Virus record (IMG/VR): IMGVR_UViG_3300029253_000304
DNA from: a virus
DNA: 64,000 nt
Reading direction: 5' to 3' (one strand)
How positions within the stretch are numbered: position 1 is the stretch's first letter; the number at the start of each line of letters is the position of its first letter. A model generated the notes under the pieces. That model made no database searches, had not been told where the DNA came from, and worked only from the letters and a program-made list of their open reading frames with translations. Both the position numbers and the translations under genes were made by a program. Positions 1 to 8,867 of this stretch are shown piece after piece.

Positions 1-1
1 T

Positions 2-922
2 GATACGCAGCAGAACGCAGGGCTGAATCTGACCACCTGTATCGGCAAGAAGCCGGTAGGGGACAGTGCAGTCCGCAGCATTTGCGACAGAGGCATGATT
101 GGCATGAACTGCTACGAACTGCTTCGTAAAGAACGCCGCGAGAGCTTGAAAGAGGTCTTGAACCTTATCCTGGCAGAACGGAAAGGTGCGGTACAGGTTA
201 AGTACAGTTACGACAAGGTTCGTGCTGTGCATTCTGCCCGCTATGCAGCTATCGGAAACGATAAGCTCCTGAAAATCATGGACGATTATATGGACCGGAA
301 CTGGCCTGACCGTGAATTCGAAAGCGGCTATTTGTCTCACGAACTTATGAAAGTGGTCATCGACCTTGGAGCCTACAAGCAGCAGTTCTTCCGCAAACTT
401 CCTTCTGGATTTTCTGCGGGGTATACTCCGGCAGTCATGATGATTAGCTCGGATGTTGCTGCATCTGCTGTACGCCTGATTCCGTGCTTGAATATGGGCA
501 GCGGCATTGTGGCACCCATGGCTAAAGATGTGGCGATTCCGCATATCGGTGAAGACATTGCAGCACGAGTTACGAATGCTTTTGTGGCTTTGCTTGCGTA
601 TTTTGACGATGCGGCTACCGACCTGGATAAGCTGCGTAATGTTCTAATTCGCAACAGTAAAGCAGCGCTTGTTCGCGTTTTGAAAAGCGGTGGTATGCCG
701 AAGCAGGAAGCACTGGAAGCTCTCGAAGGCTTTGACGCTGTGTATGGCGATATGCCTGTAACTGCTTTGGATATCTACTTGGCAGTATGCGATGCATACG
801 CTGGTGTGGTTCGCAATCACACTCAGGATGCTAAGAAGATTTTCGCTGCCGCTGACTGCGTTGCACGCTGCGCTCGTACTCGCTGGAGCGATGTGGATAT
901 GCCTGGCAAGGAGGACTTGTAA
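2..922 (+). CDS. hypothetical protein, 5'-partial (reading frame open to window start); function unknown, possibly partner of the downstream YqaJ-type exonuclease
   Basis: ORF 95..922 continues upstream without stop codons to position 2; no recognisable motifs; same strand and close spacing to the exonuclease gene. Confidence 0.4.
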   Translation, partial: DTQQNAGLNLTTCIGKKPVGDSAVRSICDRGMIGMNCYELLRKERRESLKEVLNLILAERKGAVQVKYSYDKVRAVHSARYAAIGNDKLLKIMDDYMDRNWPDREFESGYLSHELMKVVIDLGAYKQQFFRKLPSGFSAGYTPAVMMISSDVAASAVRLIPCLNMGSGIVAPMAKDVAIPHIGEDIAARVTNAFVALLAYFDDAATDLDKLRNVLIRNSKAALVRVLKSGGMPKQEALEALEGFDAVYGDMPVTALDIYLAVCDAYAGVVRNHTQDAKKIFAAADCVARCARTRWSDVDMPGKEDL

Positions 923-1011
923 TGGTAAAGCCCAAAAATGTATTTATCCTGCTGGTTATTGCCGTACTTGTATACGGCTTGTGCCGCTGATTTTGAAAGG
1001 AGTAACAACCA

Positions 1012-2193
1012 ATGGCAAGCTATGATGGTACTAACAAATCCAGTGCGGGGTGTGCTCAGCATCTTCCGTACTGGGAAATCAATACTCCCTACACCAGGGA
1101 ACTCTACAATGAGGCAATGGCCGAGGCAAGCCCGGAAGCAGTTAAATTCTGTAACCCGGAAGGCTATAATGGCCCTGAAATCGAGGTCGATGCAAGCACC
1201 TTGACGGAGGACCAGTGGCAGGCACGGCGTGCAGACCATTTGGGCGGTTCTGACATTTCCGCTATCTTTGGCGCAAACAAATTCAAGACGAATCTTGATT
1301 TGTTCTACGCCAAGACTGGAAAGCAGCCGATTGTCCCGGAAGAAGAAACTTCTCAATCCCGGTTGAATAAGCTGTGGGGTCATATCTCGGAGGAGTATGT
1401 AGACGCTTGGCTGTCGGAACGGTATCCGTACAACGATATCATCACCGATACCAACATCTATTCCATGCCGGGAAAGCCTTATATCACGGCCAACATTGAC
1501 CGTATGATGCGCAAGCCGGACGGCTCGTATTGCTTGGTGGAAATCAAAACTACGAGCTCGTTCAACAAGGCTGAGTGGGAGAATGGCAATATTCCTATTC
1601 CGTACATCTATCAGGTTCGCACTTATATGGCGATTCTTGGCGTTTGGGAATGCGTTGTGGTCTGCATGTTTGACCGCGATACGCTTATCGCAAATACCAT
1701 CAAACGTGACCTTGATGAGGAGATGCGCATTATCCAGGGATGTGACGACTTCTGGCAAAACCATGTTGTCCCGCGTATCCCGCCCGAACCTCTTGGTGAT
1801 ACCAAAGCCCTCATGGATACCCTGCATCGTTATACCGGCGATGCCAACAAGTCTGCGCCCGGCATTTTGTTGGGCTCTGAATACGCAGAACTCTGTAAAG
1901 AGTATACGGACGCTTATGCTAAGTATAAGGCTGCCAGCGATGTAGCTAAAGGGTACGAAGCCCAGTACAAAAAGCTGGCAGTGCCTTTTGCGATGGCTAT
2001 GGGCGTTAGTACCCAAGGGACTGTCATTGGTCCAGATGGACTCAAATGGCTTGTTAAGCTCACCCCCAAGATGAGCAACGCATCCATTGACCGGCAGAAA
2101 CTCGAAGCATTGTACCCCGATGCTTTCAAAGCCTGTGACGTTCCCAGACGTGAAACGAGCCGGACATTAACGATAAAGGTGGTAAAGAAATGA
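1012..2193 (+). CDS. YqaJ-like viral recombinase-domain exonuclease (PD-(D/E)XK superfamily) with C-terminal extension
   Basis: N-terminal region has the typical YqaJ pattern (GGSDISAIFG...FKTNLDLFYAKTG, ...VEIKTT...); RBS-like GAAAGGAG upstream; 393 aa. Confidence 0.65.
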   Translation: MASYDGTNKSSAGCAQHLPYWEINTPYTRELYNEAMAEASPEAVKFCNPEGYNGPEIEVDASTLTEDQWQARRADHLGGSDISAIFGANKFKTNLDLFYAKTGKQPIVPEEETSQSRLNKLWGHISEEYVDAWLSERYPYNDIITDTNIYSMPGKPYITANIDRMMRKPDGSYCLVEIKTTSSFNKAEWENGNIPIPYIYQVRTYMAILGVWECVVVCMFDRDTLIANTIKRDLDEEMRIIQGCDDFWQNHVVPRIPPEPLGDTKALMDTLHRYTGDANKSAPGILLGSEYAELCKEYTDAYAKYKAASDVAKGYEAQYKKLAVPFAMAMGVSTQGTVIGPDGLKWLVKLTPKMSNASIDRQKLEALYPDAFKACDVPRRETSRTLTIKVVKK

Positions 2194-2420
2194 CATTACG
2201 AGAACATACTGGACGTACGGTCGAGTTCAAGTTGGTTGACCGTAATACCAACATCGATTTTGCGGAGGATTGGCTGAATGCCGGGGCTCTGCAGCGTGAC
2301 ACTGATGGAGCGTATCTTGTTGACGACATCGATTATATTCGCGATTACGCAAAAGATGCAATCAAGGGATGCAATCCAGATGTAGAAGGCAAGTTGAATG
2401 CAAATTTATTTTGCTTTTAA
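2190..2420 (+). CDS. small hypothetical protein (76 aa)
   Basis: ATGA start/stop overlap with the upstream exonuclease gene; no motifs. Confidence 0.3.
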   Translation: MTLREHTGRTVEFKLVDRNTNIDFAEDWLNAGALQRDTDGAYLVDDIDYIRDYAKDAIKGCNPDVEGKLNANLFCF

Positions 2421-2433
2421 TTCGCTTTTTGCT

Positions 2434-2461
2434 TGACAGCGTATGCGGCCGGAGTAAAATG
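2434..2461 (+). promoter_or_regulatory. sigma70-like promoter candidate TTGACA-16-TAAAAT
   Basis: hexamers read directly from sequence, upstream of the 2715 gene. Confidence 0.35.
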
Positions 2462-2714
2462 TTAATTAGTTAATAGATATCATCTTACTTCCACAGCGGC
2501 AGCTTGAAAAGTTGTCCTCCGGAACCAAATCCGGTCGTGGTTCATTTTTCATAATTCGCTTAGAAGCGGACTTCCTGTTTTCAGGGAGCCCGCTTTTTTG
2601 TTTTGAATTTCCAGTGCATTGCACTGTTTTTAATAGATGTCCGAACAGCTAACTTCAGTTAGTCTGCACAACAAATCACAATCCATACTAATGGAGAAAG
2701 GAAGGTAATCTATT

Positions 2715-2918
2715 ATGATTATCAACAATGTTAAGTATCTCACCCTGTCGGAATACTGCGAAGCAGTGAATGCTGAACGCAGCAAGACTGGTCTCAACCC
2801 GATTTCTGAGGGAGCTGTCCGCACTAAGGTCGCTCGCCATCAGATTCCGGCCGAGAAAATCGGCTGTCAGTGGATGGTAGTCTCTGGTACTCCGTGGCCC
2901 GAGAAAACCGTTCGCTAA
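2715..2918 (+). CDS. small DNA-binding protein, excisionase/AlpA-like HTH (tentative)
   Basis: 67 aa; RBS GGAGAAAGGAAGG upstream; basic C-terminal region and helix-turn-helix-like segment (LTLSEYCEAVNAERSKTGLNPISEGAVRTKVARHQIP). Confidence 0.35.
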   Translation: MIINNVKYLTLSEYCEAVNAERSKTGLNPISEGAVRTKVARHQIPAEKIGCQWMVVSGTPWPEKTVR

Positions 2919-2963
2919 CCGATTCCCGTATCCAAATCACAACCCAAACAAGAAAGGACAATC

Positions 2964-3248
2964 ATGAAAATGAAAAACTTCAAAATCAACTCCGAAAACA
3001 TAACCAAGATTGCTGCACGAATTGTCGTTGCAGTAGGCATCATCGTTCTGGTGGTTGTTGCGTTCAAACTCGCAGCATTTCTCCTGACCAAAATCCTGTT
3101 CCCTTTGCTGGGCGGTCTGGTTCAGATACTCTTCGAGGCAACTAGCTGGATTATCCCGCTGTTCCTCATCAGCCGCACCAAGACTTTCCAGAAGGCTTAT
3201 AACGCAGCTCGTGGAAAGCACGAGGAGAAGGAGAACAAAAACAAATAA
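2964..3248 (+). CDS. small membrane protein (2 predicted TM helices)
   Basis: two hydrophobic stretches (IAARIVVAVGIIVLVVVAFKLAAFLL; FEATSWIIPLFLI); Lys-rich C-terminus; RBS AAAGGA. Confidence 0.5.
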   Translation: MKMKNFKINSENITKIAARIVVAVGIIVLVVVAFKLAAFLLTKILFPLLGGLVQILFEATSWIIPLFLISRTKTFQKAYNAARGKHEEKENKNK

Positions 3249-3440
3249 CAGCACAGCCTTTGTCCGGCACGGCTCATCTGCTTAAAGCGGGTGGGCCGTT
3301 TTTTGTTGCAAAATATGAGGATGGCAAAAAAATGAATGTGTACAAAAGTACGGGATTGAAACAGGTGACATCGGAACAGGAACCCCATGTGTAGAAAGAC
3401 CCAAATGGAGAGCAGCGGTGATTCATATGCTTTTTGCTGC

Positions 3441-3468
3441 TTGCACATCTGTGCGGGTTAGGTACAAT
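3441..3468 (+). promoter_or_regulatory. sigma70-like promoter TTGCAC-16-TACAAT with TGTGCG in spacer
   Basis: hexamers and spacing read from sequence; precedes the 3575 gene. Confidence 0.4.
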
Positions 3469-3574
3469 TATAAATGTAGCATGGATACCATCTCATTTAA
3501 CTTATCATTAACACTCATGCGCTCGGTTGCTACACCGGGCGCTTTTTTGATATACAAAGGAGGATTTTTTGATT

Positions 3575-5221
3575 ATGTCATTTTATTATAAACCAGAATG
3601 GTGCTTATATGCTGCCAGCGAAGTGGAACGAAATCAGGCTGCAAAGAAGCGCTTTGTTGATGAATATGAAAGCAATGTTTGCTACCGTAAGGAAGCCAAA
3701 AACCTACTCAATGATAAAATAATGGGCTTAACGGAAGTCGTACCTTCTCGTCGTGCCGATACGGTGAAGGTGGCTGCCGTTATGAGTTATTTACTATTCA
3801 ATGAAAACAAGCCAAAATGGACAAAACTTGTACAGCTGCTGGGACGCGATTTTTCCTATATGCCTCGAATGGTAAGTGCAATGTACGCAGGTACGAAGGC
3901 AGCATACGATTTCACAGATGAAATCAACAAACCGGAGAACGTGGCAAAGAGATATCTGTTTTTCTTGTACGGATATGCCAGCCCGGAAAGCCAGCTTCCC
4001 CAAAACAAAGATGTCTATGATATCTGGACCCGAAATTTGGCAAATTCAGAAGGCGAAGACAGCGCCATCCAAAGAGAATTCTTTGCGAAACTTGGCACAG
4101 GCGTACAGAAAACAATTAGTGACCTTCAGAACAAAGTGATTGCCGATATGAACAAAGCAACTATTGATGTGAAAGTAAACGATAACTTAACAATCCAAAA
4201 GACAGAATTCAGTGATTCGAATTACTCCATCATGTGTGATGGCTATGCTATCTGTGAAGATGCTATGTGTCAGGCAGGCGTTGGCTTCAAACCAGTAGCA
4301 AACAGACCTCTAACAAAACAAGAGTTCCGTAATATGCAGGCAAATCTCGCGGAGGATGTTCAGTTTGTCTGCAAAGAGGACGATGACAGCTTTTGCTTTG
4401 GCATGCTGGAAGCCCTTGTTATGGATGGACTTATCACCGTTGATGATAAGAACAACATGCTGATTTCCCAGAAAGTATCGCAGCAGACGCTTAATCTTAT
4501 CAATCTTTATAACTTTATGCTTCCTGTTTACGCGTCAGTCTACAACTTGGCGAATGCTTACGCCGATGAAATTCGTAGAGCTGTTTCGCGTGAGCTGTTT
4601 GGACAGGATGAGGGTGCTTCGGATGAAATGTTCGTTAAGCAGATTGACGCTCTGAACAAAAAGCTGGTAGACGCAGAGGCTTGTGTAGAGCGAGCTGAAA
4701 ACAAGGCAGCTGATGCAGACAAGTTGCTGCAGCAGAGTAAGAAGCGCGAAAACGCTCTGACATCCAAGCTGGAAACGGCGTATGCGGAGATTGACGAACT
4801 GATGCAGCTGGTTCCGGAAGAGACAGAGGATGATTTGCCAGATGAGCAGGAGGCTCTTGAGGAAGAAACCTTGCAGCCTGACGATGAACCCGATGTCGAT
4901 TATAGGAAAAAGCTGGATGAACTACTTCAGAAATATTCGGTTGCTGTCGTTGGCGGCAATCAAAACCTGATGAAGCGATTCCAAGTTCTTCATCCCGATG
5001 CCATCTATGTGAGCAAAGATATGGTGGCGGCCTGTGACCAGATGATTCACGCTGCAGACCTTGTGCTCTGCAAGGTGGATTCCATGTCTCATGCACTTTA
5101 CAATAAATGCAAAGTGACATGCCATCGTTATGATGTTCAGATGAACTATCTGCCGAATGTCACATCCTGCACGCGCCTTGAAAAATGTATGTGCGAGATG
5201 ATTGAGGCACTCTCTGCTTGA
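3575..5221 (+). CDS. coiled-coil protein with C-terminal DUF2325-like domain
   Basis: ATG at 3575 preceded by AAGGAGG (the ORF track start 3569 is a TTG); central charged coiled-coil; C-terminal segment (VAVVGGNQNLMKRF...VLCKVDSMSHALYNKCK) resembles DUF2325. Confidence 0.5.
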   Translation: MSFYYKPEWCLYAASEVERNQAAKKRFVDEYESNVCYRKEAKNLLNDKIMGLTEVVPSRRADTVKVAAVMSYLLFNENKPKWTKLVQLLGRDFSYMPRMVSAMYAGTKAAYDFTDEINKPENVAKRYLFFLYGYASPESQLPQNKDVYDIWTRNLANSEGEDSAIQREFFAKLGTGVQKTISDLQNKVIADMNKATIDVKVNDNLTIQKTEFSDSNYSIMCDGYAICEDAMCQAGVGFKPVANRPLTKQEFRNMQANLAEDVQFVCKEDDDSFCFGMLEALVMDGLITVDDKNNMLISQKVSQQTLNLINLYNFMLPVYASVYNLANAYADEIRRAVSRELFGQDEGASDEMFVKQIDALNKKLVDAEACVERAENKAADADKLLQQSKKRENALTSKLETAYAEIDELMQLVPEETEDDLPDEQEALEEETLQPDDEPDVDYRKKLDELLQKYSVAVVGGNQNLMKRFQVLHPDAIYVSKDMVAACDQMIHAADLVLCKVDSMSHALYNKCKVTCHRYDVQMNYLPNVTSCTRLEKCMCEMIEALSA

Positions 5222-5388
5222 CGGATTGTGCGGCACGGATAAAATAATAAATGTACGATGGATAACATTGAACGGTTTCATACGTTTGGGACCCGTCGCA
5301 CAATTTACATTCTGCTGATATAGGCAGCCATCCTTTACCGGGTGGCTGCCTATTTTTATCGGCATATCAAATAGAAAGGAGTTTATCA

Positions 5389-5829
5389 ATGAGTAAAAAC
5401 AAGAACCAAAACAAAAATCAGACAAGTTACGAAGAGCAAAACCGACAGCTTGTCGATGCTCTCTATGAGCAAAAACTTGTAAAGCCAACATGCAGCGACT
5501 GCGATGACTATTTTGGTGCGATGGTTTCCATCTTGGCAAAACGCGGATTCGAGCAGGAATCTTTCGAGCGAGAACTTCACAAATGCGAAGGGAAAATGAA
5601 GAAAAGCCTTGAGGATAGTGGCAACCCATATTTCTTGTGGCTTGTGCATAATTGTCAGGCGTGTTGGCTATCTACGCCGGTTGATGTTGCAACGCCCGGA
5701 AGCGAGGATTACGATACATGGTCTTACTATATGTACAGTAATGACGTAAAGGCGTATCTTATCACGGTAAACGAAAAAGTCGAAAAAGTGGCATATCCGA
5801 AATGTTTGGAGGTGCTGCGAGAAAAATAA
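5389..5829 (+). CDS. hypothetical Cys-containing protein (146 aa)
   Basis: RBS AAAGGAG 8 nt upstream; no recognisable domain. Confidence 0.45.
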   Translation: MSKNKNQNKNQTSYEEQNRQLVDALYEQKLVKPTCSDCDDYFGAMVSILAKRGFEQESFERELHKCEGKMKKSLEDSGNPYFLWLVHNCQACWLSTPVDVATPGSEDYDTWSYYMYSNDVKAYLITVNEKVEKVAYPKCLEVLREK

Positions 5830-5843
5830 AGGGGTAAGCAAAA

Positions 5844-8126
5844 TTGGATAACACTACTATCACGCTAAACAAGTGCAACGTAAAGCGTGTACTGAAGGCC
5901 GTACCAACGAGCACAAATTACGCCTGCTGTATTTTTACAACTTGTGTAAAAGGGCAAGAGGATATGTTTCCTCCTGAGGTGCGCAGATACGGCGGGATGA
6001 CGGCAGAATTCAAAGCTACATCTCAGCACATTCCCGTTGAACTATTAAAGAAGATTTCTTTCCGTCTGGAAGGACATTGGGCACCGGATTCTAAAGAGGA
6101 AAACGAGAAAATCTTCGTTGCAGAAAAAGCAACCGAGATTTTGCCTGAAACCGAAAGCGAGGTTTGCAAGTTCCTGATGCGGAATTGCAGCAGTTTAGGA
6201 AAGACGATGGCAAACCATATTGTTGAACGTTTTGGGATGAACACATTGGACGTTTGCGCTCATCACTGCAAACAGCTGTTTGACATTCCAAGAATCGATG
6301 ACAAGGTCATTGCCAAACTCAACGATGCCTGCTTGTCCGCTCTGGTCCGCGCAGATGTTCTTAAACTTCTGCAAGGCGTAGACGTTTCACCATCCGCTAT
6401 CAACACATTGGTTGAGACGTACGGAAATGAAACGATTTACGTTCTGGAAAACAATCCCTATAAGCCCGTCCCGATTTTGGGCTTTGCGGTGATGGACCAG
6501 ATTGCGCTGGCAATGGGCGAGCCGGTAGATTCCGAGCGCCGCATGACCTGCGCGACAATCGAAGCATTACATATCGCCTGCCAAAAGACAGGAAGTATGT
6601 GTGCGGAAGAGAGCGCTATCTTAGCTCGGATGGCCGCGCTCACTCCACAGGTGAGTGCAGAACGTCAAAAAGAATCGCTTGATGATGTTGCCAAGGTATA
6701 TGCGATTGTCAAGCAGGGCAAATACTACTACGATAAAGACGATTTCCTGGCAGAGCGTAAAATGTCAGCTAAAATCGTTGAGCTTGCCAGTGCTGAGCCG
6801 GTGAAGGAACGTGAGATTGAGGAAGCGTTCATCAAGTGGCAGAAAGAGAATGCAATCGTTCTCTCTCCGCGACAGGCTGAAGCTGTTCGAAACCTGAAGT
6901 ACCGTATTTCTATCGTCACTGGTGGCCCAGGTACAGGCAAGACCACTTGTCTGCGGGCTATCATGGATGTGTACCATATGGTATGGCCGGAGGAACATAT
7001 TCTATTGATGGCTCCGACGGGTTTGGCCGCCAAGCGTATGGCAGAAAGTACCGGTATGAACTCATCCACGATTCATAAGGCTTGCGGCTTGGTTCCGGCA
7101 AATAATCCGAGCGGATTCACAGCGCAAGGAGACTGCACCATCTGCGGTTTCATCGGTATCGATGAGATGAGTATGGTGGGTGAACACCTATTCGCTTATG
7201 CAATCGATGCTGTTTTGAGCAGCCCATCCACCAGAATTGTGCTGCTTGGTGATACGGACCAGCTGGCTCCGGTAGCTCGCGGTGATGTTCTGCGCGATTT
7301 GATTAAATGCAAAGTGATTAAAACCGTCCGCCTTGATGTCAACTATCGACAGGGGAGTACCTCAACAATTACGGACGCTTCCATCAAGATTCGTGAGAAT
7401 CGCGCTTATACCGGAAACACCCGAAATCTTGTGTTTGATGATGAATTTCGCTTTGTTCCGGTCACTGATAAGGACAAGGAAAAAGAAGCGAATGAAATCA
7501 TGAATCATATTGTTGAGGAGTATCTGAATGGCGTGTCCAAATACGGTATGGAAGGAACGATTGTTCTAACTCCTACGCACTATGATAAAGGTACGCCGAG
7601 CGGATATCTTTGCAAGAACCGTGTCAACGCTGCAATTCAGGCAGTTGTGAATCCTAAAACGGATGATAAGCTCTGCGTTGAAATGGGCAAGCAGCTGTTT
7701 ATGGTTGGCGACCGAATCATTCAGCGAAAGAACACCGAGCAGGTCATTAACGGTGACTTGGGAACGATTCAATCAATTGCCCAGCTGGAAAGCGATGTTG
7801 CCGTTGAAATTTACTTTGACTCGAAAGGAGAAACTTTAGTTTATAACAATGAAGATATGAAAGATATTGAGCTTGCGTATGCCATTACCGTGCATAGCTC
7901 TCAGGGCTGTGAATTTCCTTGCTGCATTATTCCGGTGAGTATGACATACGGAGTGATGTTGACAAAGCCTTTGTACTATACCGGTATTACGCGAGCCAAA
8001 AAGAAATTGGTGATGATTGGCGATGAGGAAGCATTGAAATATGCGCTTCAGAATTTCCGTAAACAAACCCGCAAGTCCTTGCTTGGCCCGCGCATCATCA
8101 CGAAACTAAAAAAAGCCAAAACATAA
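5844..8126 (+). CDS. RecD2-like ATP-dependent DNA helicase (SF1B)
   Basis: Walker A GGPGTGKTT, motifs LLMAPTGLAAKRM, IDEMSMV (Walker B), LLGDTDQLAPV, VNYRQ, AITVHSSQGCEF; N-terminal helix-hairpin-helix segments and an ENNPY motif as in RecD2. Confidence 0.8.
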   Translation: MDNTTITLNKCNVKRVLKAVPTSTNYACCIFTTCVKGQEDMFPPEVRRYGGMTAEFKATSQHIPVELLKKISFRLEGHWAPDSKEENEKIFVAEKATEILPETESEVCKFLMRNCSSLGKTMANHIVERFGMNTLDVCAHHCKQLFDIPRIDDKVIAKLNDACLSALVRADVLKLLQGVDVSPSAINTLVETYGNETIYVLENNPYKPVPILGFAVMDQIALAMGEPVDSERRMTCATIEALHIACQKTGSMCAEESAILARMAALTPQVSAERQKESLDDVAKVYAIVKQGKYYYDKDDFLAERKMSAKIVELASAEPVKEREIEEAFIKWQKENAIVLSPRQAEAVRNLKYRISIVTGGPGTGKTTCLRAIMDVYHMVWPEEHILLMAPTGLAAKRMAESTGMNSSTIHKACGLVPANNPSGFTAQGDCTICGFIGIDEMSMVGEHLFAYAIDAVLSSPSTRIVLLGDTDQLAPVARGDVLRDLIKCKVIKTVRLDVNYRQGSTSTITDASIKIRENRAYTGNTRNLVFDDEFRFVPVTDKDKEKEANEIMNHIVEEYLNGVSKYGMEGTIVLTPTHYDKGTPSGYLCKNRVNAAIQAVVNPKTDDKLCVEMGKQLFMVGDRIIQRKNTEQVINGDLGTIQSIAQLESDVAVEIYFDSKGETLVYNNEDMKDIELAYAITVHSSQGCEFPCCIIPVSMTYGVMLTKPLYYTGITRAKKKLVMIGDEEALKYALQNFRKQTRKSLLGPRIITKLKKAKT

Positions 8127-8136
8127 AATTAGTTAT

Positions 8137-8178
8137 AGCGGGAGTTCCTCATGACAGGAGCTCCCGCTTTTTCGTTTT
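8137..8178 (+). terminator. intrinsic terminator after helicase gene
   Basis: stem AGCGGGAG...CTCCCGCT followed by TTTTCGTTTT. Confidence 0.6.
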
Positions 8179-8205
8179 GTGTGAATAATGCTTCAAATAA
8201 ACGAA

Positions 8206-8233
8206 TGTATGATTGTTGCACGCCTTTGCGAGG
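8206..8233 (+). promoter_or_regulatory. promoter TTGCAC-16-GATAAT upstream of pilin-like gene
   Basis: hexamers and spacing read from sequence; spacer TTTGCGAGGTGCA resembles the conserved island spacer. Confidence 0.4.
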
Positions 8234-8326
8234 TGCAGATAATAGATATTGTAGAGTTAAAGGGTTGAACAATCAGTTCACGAAGGCTCTACTACGATGA
8301 TAATCGAAGGAAGGAGGTAGTTCGAA

Positions 8327-8737
8327 ATGAATATGAAAAACAGCTTGCAGAAACGCACCCCGGTGCAGAGCCTCCAGATGGCTGTAGGTACTGCTTGTGC
8401 AATGGGTACTGCTACCATGCTGAGCACGGTTATGGCTTATGCAGATGTTAGCGAAGCTATTAACAAAGTGTTCGACGTAGGCAGCCAGGTTAGCAACTCT
8501 ATTGCTAAAGGCTTGACCAACGTCGTTGTTCCTATCGGCATCGCAGTATTCCTGTATATGCTGGTGCGTATGCTGCTGGCCAGTGACCCGAAAGACGTTC
8601 AGACTTATAAGAAACGTCTTATTGTGGTTGCCATCATCGTCGTGGCTGCTGTTGCAGTGCCCGGCCTGATGAAGGTTGCTAATGAACTCGGTGGCCAGAT
8701 TAACGGCGAGCTCGGCGGCACTAACATTGGCGTCTAA
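8327..8737 (+). CDS. VirB2/TrbC-like T4SS pilin-type protein (signal peptide plus two hydrophobic helices)
   Basis: 136 aa; N-terminal signal-like region; two long hydrophobic helices; first gene of the T4SS cluster; RBS GGAAGGAGG. Confidence 0.5.
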   Translation: MNMKNSLQKRTPVQSLQMAVGTACAMGTATMLSTVMAYADVSEAINKVFDVGSQVSNSIAKGLTNVVVPIGIAVFLYMLVRMLLASDPKDVQTYKKRLIVVAIIVVAAVAVPGLMKVANELGGQINGELGGTNIGV

Positions 8738-8867
8738 TATTCGCTTTGCGGCCAAAAGGCTCGTCCGAGTAATCGGGCGGGCCTTTTTTTATGGAAAGAA
8801 GGTGAGCAACATTAACTCTCTTATAAAATGCAGACCTGCAAACGGGAAGAAAACGGTCAAGCGTTCC

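Noticed and set aside
823-2016. 397 aa minus-strand ORF antisense to the YqaJ-like gene
   Set aside because: The plus-strand ORF has recognisable YqaJ motifs and an RBS. The antisense translation is low-complexity and motif-free.
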